DNA of 41,868 nucleotides from a virus (Duplodnaviria; Heunggongvirae; Uroviricota; Caudoviricetes): IMG/VR virus record IMGVR_UViG_2974481312_000001, positions 1 to 41,868 of that record; one strand, 5' to 3'. Shown piece by piece: positions 8,096 to 16,424 of this stretch (position 1 is its first letter; each line of letters starts with the position of its first letter). The notes under the pieces were generated by a model. It saw only the letters and a program-made list of their open reading frames with translations, ran no database searches and was not told where the DNA came from. The position numbers and the translations under genes were made by a program.

Positions 8096-8287
8096 ATGAA
8101 ACACGAATATGACCGCAAGCCTGCACGTGACATCGTACCGGGTGACATGATTTTCAATGTTAAGACGCGACAACCTGTTGCCGTTGATACCGTGTTCGTC
8201 GAGTCTAACGGTAAACTGGTTATTGAAGATGCAACCGGTAACGTCACGGCGTTCGGGCGTAAAGAGTTAGTTCTGGTGCTGAAATGA
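8096..8287 (+). CDS. Hypothetical protein (63 aa)
   Basis: AAGGAA RBS; stop overlaps the start of the helicase gene (ATGA). Confidence 0.55.
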   Translation: MKHEYDRKPARDIVPGDMIFNVKTRQPVAVDTVFVESNGKLVIEDATGNVTAFGRKELVLVLK

Positions 8288-9708
8288 GTAAGTTTCAAAG
8301 GCGCGAGTACCAGAAGCTGATGACTTCGTTCATGTTGCAGCACCCCCGCTGCAATATATGGGCTTCGATGGGCGCAGGCAAAAGTTCCGCAACGATGTGG
8401 GTGCTTAACCGCCTGTTTCGCAATGGGCAGCTCACCGAAGAAGACCGCGTGTTAATCCTTGCCCCATTACGTGTTGCATCCGGTACGTGGCCGGCGGAAC
8501 AAGAGAAATGGCAATTCCCTTGTCTTCGTGTCATCGATGCAACCGGTTCGGAGAAGCGCCGCATAGCGGCGCTGGAGTCAGACGCTAACGTAGTATGCAC
8601 TAACTACGAAGTTATCGAATGGCTCATTGACTACTACGGCAAAGATGACTGGCCTTTTACGGTTATAGTTGCCGATGAAAGCACGAAGCTCAAATCGTTC
8701 CGCAGCCGTTCCGGGGGGAGCAAGCGGGCTAAGGCTCTCAGCAAAGTGGCGTTCGGGAAGGTTAAGCGTTTCATTAACCTGACCGGCACACCATCACCTA
8801 ACGGCTTAAAAGATTTGTGGGGTCAGAACTGGTTTATCGACGCAGGTGAGCGCCTTGGTTCTTCGTACACCGCATTCACCGACCGCTGGTTTAACTCGGT
8901 ACAGAAAGGAAAATCGGCGATGGCGCGTGAGTATCACGCACGTCCGGGCGCAGATAATGAGATTCACCAGAAAATGAAGGATATCAGTCTCACGATTGAC
9001 GCTGCTGAATGGTTCGGATGTGAAGCGCCTATTATCGTGCCTGTAGAAATCGACCTGCCTAAGAAAGCGCGTCAAGCCTACATTGACATGGAAGAGAAGT
9101 TATTCGCTGAACTGGAAAGCGGAGAAGTTGAAGCGGCTAATGCCGCCGCTAAAACGTCAAAGTGTTTGCAGATTGCATCAGGGGCTGTGTATGTGTCGGG
9201 GCCAGATGGCGAGGCAACGAAAGACTGGGAGAAAGTGCACGACACGAAACTGGACGCACTGGAGTCAATTGTGGAGGAGTTGCAGGGTGCGCCGTTGCTG
9301 GTGGCGTATCAGTTTAAGCACGAACTTGAGCGCATTCTTAAGCGTTTCCCACAGGCGCAGGCGTTCGCCAAAGGTGCCAAGGGCAATAAGCAGATGGAAG
9401 CGTGGAACCGCGGAGAGATACCTATGCTCCTGATACACCCAGCCTCCGCGGGTCACGGGCTGTCGCTACAACACGGCGGGCACCACATGGCCTTTATGAG
9501 TCAGGGGTGGAACCTGGAACATTATCTGCAGGTTATCGAGCGCATAGGTCCGGTAAGGCAGATGCAATCTGGGTACAAACGGTCTGTATTCATTTATAAA
9601 ATAATAGCCCGAGATACTCTTGATGAAGTTGTCGCCGCTCGTACGGACGAGAAAAGGTCTGTACAGGACGAACTACTTAATTATATGAAACGTAGGAGTA
9701 AGAAATGA
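8284..9708 (+). CDS. SNF2/DEAD-like superfamily-2 helicase
   Basis: Walker A SMGAGKSS; DExx box VIVADESTKLK; motif III-like TGTPSPNGLKDLW; C-terminal helicase domain. Confidence 0.85.
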   Translation: MSKFQRREYQKLMTSFMLQHPRCNIWASMGAGKSSATMWVLNRLFRNGQLTEEDRVLILAPLRVASGTWPAEQEKWQFPCLRVIDATGSEKRRIAALESDANVVCTNYEVIEWLIDYYGKDDWPFTVIVADESTKLKSFRSRSGGSKRAKALSKVAFGKVKRFINLTGTPSPNGLKDLWGQNWFIDAGERLGSSYTAFTDRWFNSVQKGKSAMAREYHARPGADNEIHQKMKDISLTIDAAEWFGCEAPIIVPVEIDLPKKARQAYIDMEEKLFAELESGEVEAANAAAKTSKCLQIASGAVYVSGPDGEATKDWEKVHDTKLDALESIVEELQGAPLLVAYQFKHELERILKRFPQAQAFAKGAKGNKQMEAWNRGEIPMLLIHPASAGHGLSLQHGGHHMAFMSQGWNLEHYLQVIERIGPVRQMQSGYKRSVFIYKIIARDTLDEVVAARTDEKRSVQDELLNYMKRRSKK

Positions 9709-10190
9709 GCAAGGTATCTTACGACCCTGAAACCGGTATTTTCACATGGGTAGAAACAAAACGTAGGGGTTTTATTGGAAAGAAAGCGGGATGTTTTTGT
9801 CCACGGGACGTGTACATTCGTATCCGAGTAAACGGAAAACTAGAACTAGCACATCGGTTAGCATGGGACATATGCAATCCAGATAATCCACTTACCTCAC
9901 AGGAACAGATAGACCATATCAATCACATCCGAACCGATAACCGAATATGCAACCTGCGGAAAGTTACCAACACTGAAAATAGCCGCAACGCATCGATAGG
10001 GGTAAACAATACTAGCGGCGCTCTTGGTGTATGGCGGGAAAAGAGAAGAAACAAATGGGTAGCAGAGATAAAAGTCGACAGAAGAAAAATACATCTAGGA
10101 CAGTTTGATAATTTTGATGAAGCTGTTGCCGCGCGTAAAGATGCGGAAGCTGCTTACGGATTCCATGAAAACCACGGAGAGACAACGTGA
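9705..10190 (+). CDS. HNH homing endonuclease with AP2-type domain (paralogue of 1885..2406)
   Basis: HNH motif QIDHINHIRTDNRICNLR; AP2-like SGALGVWREKRRNKWVAEIKVDRRKIHLGQF. Confidence 0.8.
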   Translation: MSKVSYDPETGIFTWVETKRRGFIGKKAGCFCPRDVYIRIRVNGKLELAHRLAWDICNPDNPLTSQEQIDHINHIRTDNRICNLRKVTNTENSRNASIGVNNTSGALGVWREKRRNKWVAEIKVDRRKIHLGQFDNFDEAVAARKDAEAAYGFHENHGETT

Positions 10191-10348
10191 ACATCATAGC
10201 CCCGATTCCAGCATTGCAAAAACGTATCAAGGAACTTGAGGAGGAAGTTCTACGGCTACGTCAGCAAAGAGACGCTGCTAATGCGCAACTTGACTTTATT
10301 ATGGAGAACCTGAAATGCGATACACTACAGGAGCAAAATGCTTCATAG
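10187..10348 (+). CDS. Small hypothetical protein (53 aa, coiled-coil-like)
   Basis: GTG start overlapping the HNH stop (GTGA) with GGAGAG RBS; below the track size cut-off. Confidence 0.35.
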   Translation: MNIIAPIPALQKRIKELEEEVLRLRQQRDAANAQLDFIMENLKCDTLQEQNAS

Positions 10349-10404
10349 CCGGGGTTATTATTGCTGGTGTTTTTACCGTTTACGCTTTGTGCTGCGTAAT
10401 TTGA
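10315..10404 (+). CDS. Putative 29-aa hydrophobic peptide
   Basis: GGAG RBS 8 nt upstream of ATG 10315; MRYTTGAKCFIAGVIIAGVFTVYALCCVI; ends just before the terminator. Confidence 0.25.
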   Translation: MRYTTGAKCFIAGVIIAGVFTVYALCCVI

Positions 10405-10406
10405 AT

Positions 10407-10436
10407 AAGGCCCCTTACGGGGCCTTTACTATTTAT
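10407..10436 (+). terminator. Rho-independent terminator between the convergent replication and tail operons
   Basis: Hairpin AAGGCCCC-TTAC-GGGGCCTT followed by a T-rich tract. Confidence 0.6.
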
Positions 10437-12487
10437 GCCAAAGTTAATCTTGTATAGCTTCCATCGGCCCGCCTAACTAACGCCCTAAGGCTATCGCCTT
10501 CCAGATACAGTGATATAGCCCCGATATCCCTGACAGCTTCGTCCGGGAGGGGGGCCATCGCTACCGGTATCTCAACAGCACGATAATCGCCCCTGTTTAT
10601 TTTTAATGACACGGCATCAGGCAAGGACCCCGCAATAGCGGTAATTTCGGTCCATGCTGAACCAGAACCTGGCCCGCCGTTAATGTGGGAGTACACGGAC
10701 CCACTATCAAGGGTTTTTGACAGTTTATGAATACGAAACCGAAGCGCCGCAGAATCATTATTGAAACTGTTTATGCGAGAGTTACCAAGACCTTCCTCCA
10801 TCAAATTGGCTACGTTAATCCTTGAGGGGTCCACGAAGCCCGTTATTCCGCTTACAGTGGAGTTAGGTGCGTCTATCGTCATGCCCTGTTCGGTAGTTGA
10901 ACGGATGCCGACCAAACGAAGGCCGTTTACACGGCAGGCCCCTGAGATATATATCTGGTTCGCGGGGAAGTTTTTAGTATTGGTGTCGATTATTGCGATA
11001 TTAGTGAATACTGTTTCGTGGGCAAGAATATAAGCCCCAGAACCAGCGCAATCCTCGACGGTTATGTTAGAGACATACAGACCTTGCCCGTCCATACCGA
11101 AACCTACCCCCAGCGAACCTCTAACAAATAGATTGTCTATCAAATGGTTTAATGGGAGCATATGTACCGGGTACTGAGAAATGGGGAAATCCCCTGGGCG
11201 GTCAGCTTCTGGGTTCATGTCGGTATCTGCGGCTAAATCGAAGCCGTCCCATACAGGGTATAGCACCGCCGAATCCCGGAACTGCAGGTTGTAGTTACGG
11301 GAAGTTGTAGTGCCTACCGTACCCTGCCACGTCTTAACACCACTTTCGCCGGCGCGATACGAGGTAAACCCGATGACACCTCCATCGCGCGCGAAACCAC
11401 CGTTGTTTCGTAAGAATTGAGCGCTACTTACCGAACCGTAACTTGTGCGCCCGCCAATAACATAGTTACCCTTGCCCCAATCGCCGCTCAGGTTTTCAAA
11501 GGTAATTACGCCGTCTTTTCCGCCGCTCGGGTTGTCCGCGTCTACCATCTTACAGAAATGGCATCCGCGGAACAGGAAACACGCCATAAGACCACTCGCC
11601 CGGTGAACCTCGACGCCTGTACATTCCCGAATTTCCAGGGTAGAAGATATGCTTTGCCCTTTAGCTTCCGGAGGGAGAAGGGGTTCTATACCAGGAAACT
11701 TGGCGTAATCGTTTACCGTCGGCTGGTATCCATCTGTTTTAGACTGTTTAAGTGTGGCCACGATTGCCGCGGGGTCGGTTATCCACTGATTATCGTCGGT
11801 CCACGGTTTAATCACCCACGGCGTTGTAGCACTCTCCATAAAGGGGGCTATTACAATGGAACCTTTACCTAATTGCGTAAATACCAGGTTTCCGTCGCCG
11901 ATAAACTTCGCTTTACAGTCGATGGTTAGGGTCTTACCGCCAAAATTAACGGTTTCGTTATTGCTGAAATTGTAGTCACGGTCGATAAGAATACTGTCGA
12001 CGGCAGCGTCGGCCAATTGCTGTAAAGTGGTAAAATCCGACAACTTAACGGAGTATTTAAATTTCTTATCTGCTTCGGCACGGAAGGTAATATCTCCGAA
12101 CGCGTCCCAGGCGGAATCCGAAATGCCGCCGGTCGCAAGAGGTGTCGACGCCGCAGGGATAACTTTCGGCAGGGAGCCACGCCATGCGTAGTAGTTACCG
12201 TCTCCACCATCTTCTTTCGGCCAAAGAACAGCTTTATCTGCGTCGTTTACGCCGAGAGTACCACCGGTCGTAAAATTAAAAGATGCCGGGGAGAAACCAG
12301 CACCACGTAAGACTGCGGGAAGCGTCTTCTGCGTCTGCCCGGTTACCTGGTTAGTGGCGTAGTCGATATCTGCACCGCCGGCTACACCGCCTTGTTTACC
12401 GGTGATAACCTCGGCTTCGAAAATCTGGTGTTTTTTGGCTATCTGTAAATCATTAAGTGACATTACACCACCGCAACCGCTGGACAT
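10433..12487 (-). CDS. Tailspike / tail fiber with beta-helix (pectate-lyase-like, putative depolymerase) domain
   Basis: 684 aa, last gene of the tail operon; Gly/Asn/Ser/Thr-rich repeats typical of right-handed beta-helix; GAGGA RBS before ATG 12487. Confidence 0.55.
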   Translation of the reverse strand: MSSGCGGVMSLNDLQIAKKHQIFEAEVITGKQGGVAGGADIDYATNQVTGQTQKTLPAVLRGAGFSPASFNFTTGGTLGVNDADKAVLWPKEDGGDGNYYAWRGSLPKVIPAASTPLATGGISDSAWDAFGDITFRAEADKKFKYSVKLSDFTTLQQLADAAVDSILIDRDYNFSNNETVNFGGKTLTIDCKAKFIGDGNLVFTQLGKGSIVIAPFMESATTPWVIKPWTDDNQWITDPAAIVATLKQSKTDGYQPTVNDYAKFPGIEPLLPPEAKGQSISSTLEIRECTGVEVHRASGLMACFLFRGCHFCKMVDADNPSGGKDGVITFENLSGDWGKGNYVIGGRTSYGSVSSAQFLRNNGGFARDGGVIGFTSYRAGESGVKTWQGTVGTTTSRNYNLQFRDSAVLYPVWDGFDLAADTDMNPEADRPGDFPISQYPVHMLPLNHLIDNLFVRGSLGVGFGMDGQGLYVSNITVEDCAGSGAYILAHETVFTNIAIIDTNTKNFPANQIYISGACRVNGLRLVGIRSTTEQGMTIDAPNSTVSGITGFVDPSRINVANLMEEGLGNSRINSFNNDSAALRFRIHKLSKTLDSGSVYSHINGGPGSGSAWTEITAIAGSLPDAVSLKINRGDYRAVEIPVAMAPLPDEAVRDIGAISLYLEGDSLRALVRRADGSYTRLTLA

Positions 12488-12499
12488 ATGGCTATCCTC

Positions 12500-15058
12500 T
12501 TAGTTAAAACCGTTATCGAATCCGTTAGAGAACGCACGACCGAAAGGCGGTACGTTGTCGAACTTATAGAAATCCTTGTCATAGTTAAACCCGGTTATTT
12601 TGACTGTTCTGTCATCGCCGGGGTCTACTGTAGAAACAAGAATCATCTGAGCATTATGCCTTGCTTCGTTGCCAAATGAAAACTCAGTTTTCAAAGCACT
12701 ATTACCCGTATAAATGGCTTCCTGCGGTACAGAAGTCATAATTACTTGTCGGTCATGCGCACCAGGGACTACACGAACACTTTGGACGCCGCCATCTCTC
12801 AGCTTGAGAACCAAAGAATGGTCATCCCCGGAGGTGAACTTAACTGGCTGTGAAAGCTCCACGGTGAGGCCGTTCACCGCAGTTACGTAGCCGTCGTAGG
12901 TAGCCATACGGGAACCCTTAACCACACTAACGGCACGATTTGGGAGGGCAAAGATCCCTTCTTCAGTGGCGCTAAAAGACACTGAAATCTTCTTCAATAT
13001 GTTTTTCTGATGACGACGGTTTGCCGCCCAGAAAGCCTGCTTATAGTTGCGGATTCCTTTTGAGTCGTAAGTCTCCGTTTTAAGGCCCCCGGTTTCGGGT
13101 ATGGTTATAGTCTCTTTGACGTTAGTCTTAGGGTCTATGTACGAGAATTTAAGGCTGTCAAAAACCTGAGAATCGTTAAATGTTCTGGTCCACTTTTCAG
13201 AAGTACCGGCCTTGCTTCGGTGGGTGAACACCATCTCAGGGCCCATGCGGGGGCGTTCAAAATCGAGAAGAATATCCGCCCCACGCCGATATGGGGTGCA
13301 GAATATGGCGTCTGCTATAGTACTAACTATGTCCTGCATAGTGGTTTTATAGTCATCAAACGTGTAGCAAAATTCCCCCGCCTGTTTGTCGCCGAAGTAA
13401 TCCTCTATTTCCTTTTGGACAGCAAGTAACTTATCCATGTTGCGTACCGTCAGGTTTAAACCCCCCACATCCGGGTCACGTGCCAGGCGGATGAGAGATT
13501 GCACGGCCTGGGTATTGGGAGTCATCGTATCCTCAAAAACGCCATTACCAAGGTATTTGTATACCATTTCGGTCGCAATCATGCGCAACTGAGGTTGCTT
13601 AACTTCGGCAGCCCGTGGTGTCTGCTTACGCATTGAGTGCACAGTGGTTCGGTTGCCGTAGTGCGGGGTGTTGTCGCGGGTCTGGCCGTACAGGTTAACG
13701 TAGGTTATTTCGTCTACCACTGAGCCTTCGAAATTAAAGTCGAGGTCTGTCACCCTTCTGGCGCGCACCCGCACCCGCGACACAACCGGCAGGTCGGCGT
13801 AAATAGTGACACCGTTGTAGTCTGGGGTTCGCCCGGACACGGTTCCTTGTGCAGTGTATATCGGCCCATAAGGGGTGCTATTTTCATCAAGCAGCTGGTA
13901 CTGTATCTCCGCGGTAACCGACGCTAGTGTTTTAGATTTGCCGTTGTCTTTATACATACCATTGGCGGCGGCGATATTGGCAACTATGCGCTCAACCTCG
14001 GTACGGTTTATTGACACCCAATCGGTTAAGGTTTTCTCGTATGTGTTATCCGGTTGCAGCGACGCCTCTCCGTCACCTCGAAAAAATGAACCTGGTCTTA
14101 TTTCTTGCCACCGACCGATAAGGCCGCCAGGTACAATAAATGTAATTGTCCCTTCGGATACGCTTAACACTTGGTACCCACCCCCGGACAAGTCGACGTC
14201 TGTATTTGTCCACGCTGACACCAACGAAAACGTGTCATTAGGCACCAACACTCCAGAAAAATCCGAACCACCTGTTGGGTCATATATTGTGCCAATGTTC
14301 CCGGACAAAGACGGGTACCCGGACATGTAAGAGAAAGAAATACCCAGGCCGTTGGGAGCTTTAAGAACCACGCCATCGACTTCGTTAGATTCTACGGTAA
14401 TGTACAGGCCCTGCTCTATAGGGTCGCCGACCATGACCTGGGGCGCCGATGTGTTATTGGGCGATGTATATGGTGAGTACACGGCAACCGACGTGCCTGT
14501 TATGTCTGATACGCGGGTGTCCCCGTCAGTTATACCTTCAGGGTGTATGTCTAGGTAACCACGCCCGGCGTCGTAATAGCCGTACTCTACAATTTTACCA
14601 GCGGCGTTAAACACCTTATAAGTAGACATAAGGTTATTTGGGATAGTTTGCACCGTTCCGCAGATGTCGTAGCTGCGCTCGTATGGGCGGGCCTTGTTGT
14701 TACGGTCGGTGAGACTGTTGTTTGGGGAATCCGCCTGCGAGTTCGCAAGGTTAGAGGACGCCCCTTTCACGGATGGTGATAATAGTTTCGCTAGCGGTTT
14801 AAGGATAACGCTAAAAATCTTCATGACGCCTTTAATAGCGCCACCACCGGCAGATTCCACAATGTGGAAAGTCGCGTTTTCTTTCAGTGCTTCGAAGTCT
14901 TCTGTTACGTCGTTATCTTCTCCGATTTCGTCAATGAAAACACGCACCGGCACCCCGTCCGGAACATGGTTCACGACGAAGTTCATTGGATTATCGCGAT
15001 AACGTTTAACGTCAAATGTGCCGTCTTCGTTGCGGGTATAGTGGATTACTAGCGCCAA
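12500..15058 (-). CDS. Tail tip / central fiber protein (lambda gpJ-like position)
   Basis: 852 aa ORF downstream of the small tail tip genes; TTG start in track. Confidence 0.5.
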   Translation of the reverse strand: MALVIHYTRNEDGTFDVKRYRDNPMNFVVNHVPDGVPVRVFIDEIGEDNDVTEDFEALKENATFHIVESAGGGAIKGVMKIFSVILKPLAKLLSPSVKGASSNLANSQADSPNNSLTDRNNKARPYERSYDICGTVQTIPNNLMSTYKVFNAAGKIVEYGYYDAGRGYLDIHPEGITDGDTRVSDITGTSVAVYSPYTSPNNTSAPQVMVGDPIEQGLYITVESNEVDGVVLKAPNGLGISFSYMSGYPSLSGNIGTIYDPTGGSDFSGVLVPNDTFSLVSAWTNTDVDLSGGGYQVLSVSEGTITFIVPGGLIGRWQEIRPGSFFRGDGEASLQPDNTYEKTLTDWVSINRTEVERIVANIAAANGMYKDNGKSKTLASVTAEIQYQLLDENSTPYGPIYTAQGTVSGRTPDYNGVTIYADLPVVSRVRVRARRVTDLDFNFEGSVVDEITYVNLYGQTRDNTPHYGNRTTVHSMRKQTPRAAEVKQPQLRMIATEMVYKYLGNGVFEDTMTPNTQAVQSLIRLARDPDVGGLNLTVRNMDKLLAVQKEIEDYFGDKQAGEFCYTFDDYKTTMQDIVSTIADAIFCTPYRRGADILLDFERPRMGPEMVFTHRSKAGTSEKWTRTFNDSQVFDSLKFSYIDPKTNVKETITIPETGGLKTETYDSKGIRNYKQAFWAANRRHQKNILKKISVSFSATEEGIFALPNRAVSVVKGSRMATYDGYVTAVNGLTVELSQPVKFTSGDDHSLVLKLRDGGVQSVRVVPGAHDRQVIMTSVPQEAIYTGNSALKTEFSFGNEARHNAQMILVSTVDPGDDRTVKITGFNYDKDFYKFDNVPPFGRAFSNGFDNGFN

Positions 15059-15414
15059 AATTCAATCTCCGAATAAGTATCTTTAAGGTCTTCCAGACTA
15101 TCCAGTCTAACCTGTCTGGACGCCAGCTCACAGTGGCTAACCATTCCTTCGTAATATACCCCAGCATGCCACACTATTCGTCCCCTATGTTTCACTCCTA
15201 GTAGAACCGCGTCAAAATTCTGCGGTGTGACCGCTCGTACCAGACCTTTCGGATTAGAGTGGCCATCGTCGAAGGCGGCGTCTATTGCCGTTGGGCTTGT
15301 TACATCGAACATCGGGGTCGATAACCCCGCGTCCGCGCGAACGTTGCGGACGTGATGCCAGCAATTACGGCGGCGAAAGTCATACGGCAAGCCAGTGTAA
15401 TCATTAATATTCAC
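15049..15414 (-). CDS. Tail assembly protein with NlpC/P60-like Cys-His motif (gpK-like)
   Basis: NCWHHV and WHAGVYY motifs; position in tail tip cluster. Confidence 0.45.
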   Translation of the reverse strand: MNINDYTGLPYDFRRRNCWHHVRNVRADAGLSTPMFDVTSPTAIDAAFDDGHSNPKGLVRAVTPQNFDAVLLGVKHRGRIVWHAGVYYEGMVSHCELASRQVRLDSLEDLKDTYSEIEFWR

Positions 15415-15926
15415 GATGTCAGTATCCCGCGAAGTAAGGGAATCTCTTCCGGTGTCATCAGAATCCCTGTTGCCCGTTGGTTAAGCATCGGCGTACCGGT
15501 TTCCGCTGTGAATACGCCCTTTTCTTGCGTGAGTGTTTGTAACTCGTACACCACCGGACCGTCGCATGGGTATGTCAGGTCGGTACTTACATAACGGCGG
15601 AAGATGAATTTAGGTAACTCCTTATTATCATAGGGGATGCGGTCCATTTCCTCATCCAGTATGTTAAGCACATCCGGCAGCGAAAAGGATGCGGTCTGGT
15701 CCATATCGTTATTGTTGGCTGCGTTCTTGGCCTCCATTGGCGTACCTTCGAATGTCACGACCTCCCCGGTCTCAAGAGTAGCTGTTAAATCGTCAGCCCC
15801 GCGCACAAGTAACCACCGTTTCGAGAGAAGTGGATGGTATATCTCAAGGGTAATAAAGTCCATCTCGCCATCGGGATTAGACGCTAGTTTACGTCGGTAT
15901 GCGGCTTCTACTGATTCCTGACTCAT
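15411..15926 (-). CDS. Minor tail protein (gpL-like position)
   Basis: 171 aa ORF in conserved order after the tape measure gene. Confidence 0.4.
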   Translation of the reverse strand: MSQESVEAAYRRKLASNPDGEMDFITLEIYHPLLSKRWLLVRGADDLTATLETGEVVTFEGTPMEAKNAANNNDMDQTASFSLPDVLNILDEEMDRIPYDNKELPKFIFRRYVSTDLTYPCDGPVVYELQTLTQEKGVFTAETGTPMLNQRATGILMTPEEIPLLRGILTS

Positions 15927-16423
15927 TGCATAGGGTCCCAGATTCTCGGGAATGTAGTCTGATACACTCCATAGGTTTTAAGGAATTCGCCAAGGCAATC
16001 GCCATAGCACCCGTACAAATCGGGTAGGTTCTGGTTAAGGCAAGCGTTGTTGGCTTCCTGGAATGGCGACTTCTCGGCGGTGGCCGTGAAAGTGATTACC
16101 CAGTTTTTACCGTCATCTGTGGACTCGTTCCACGTGGATGTTAGCGTTACCTGGTAATCCCCAATACCCTGGCCCAAGTCGTGTTTCATCCAGAAACTGG
16201 ATGCACCACCGTCTACCTTTTCCATGAAACTAAGGAATGCCTGTCGTCCCAATGGCGATACGACCAGGGTAACGTTAATCGGAAACACGTCAAAATAGGT
16301 GTCTCGTCCCTGCCGAACTCCACCACCGGCCAGGTCTACACGCCACACGTTGTTGCCGCGTGTCATCGAGTAGCCTTTCGATACTATCGGCCTCAAAGAG
16401 GCCGGGAAATGGTGATCGCTCAT
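15923..16423 (-). CDS. Minor tail protein (gpM-like position)
   Basis: 166 aa ORF immediately after the tape measure gene. Confidence 0.4.
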   Translation of the reverse strand: MSDHHFPASLRPIVSKGYSMTRGNNVWRVDLAGGGVRQGRDTYFDVFPINVTLVVSPLGRQAFLSFMEKVDGGASSFWMKHDLGQGIGDYQVTLTSTWNESTDDGKNWVITFTATAEKSPFQEANNACLNQNLPDLYGCYGDCLGEFLKTYGVYQTTFPRIWDPMQ

Positions 16424-16424
16424 A

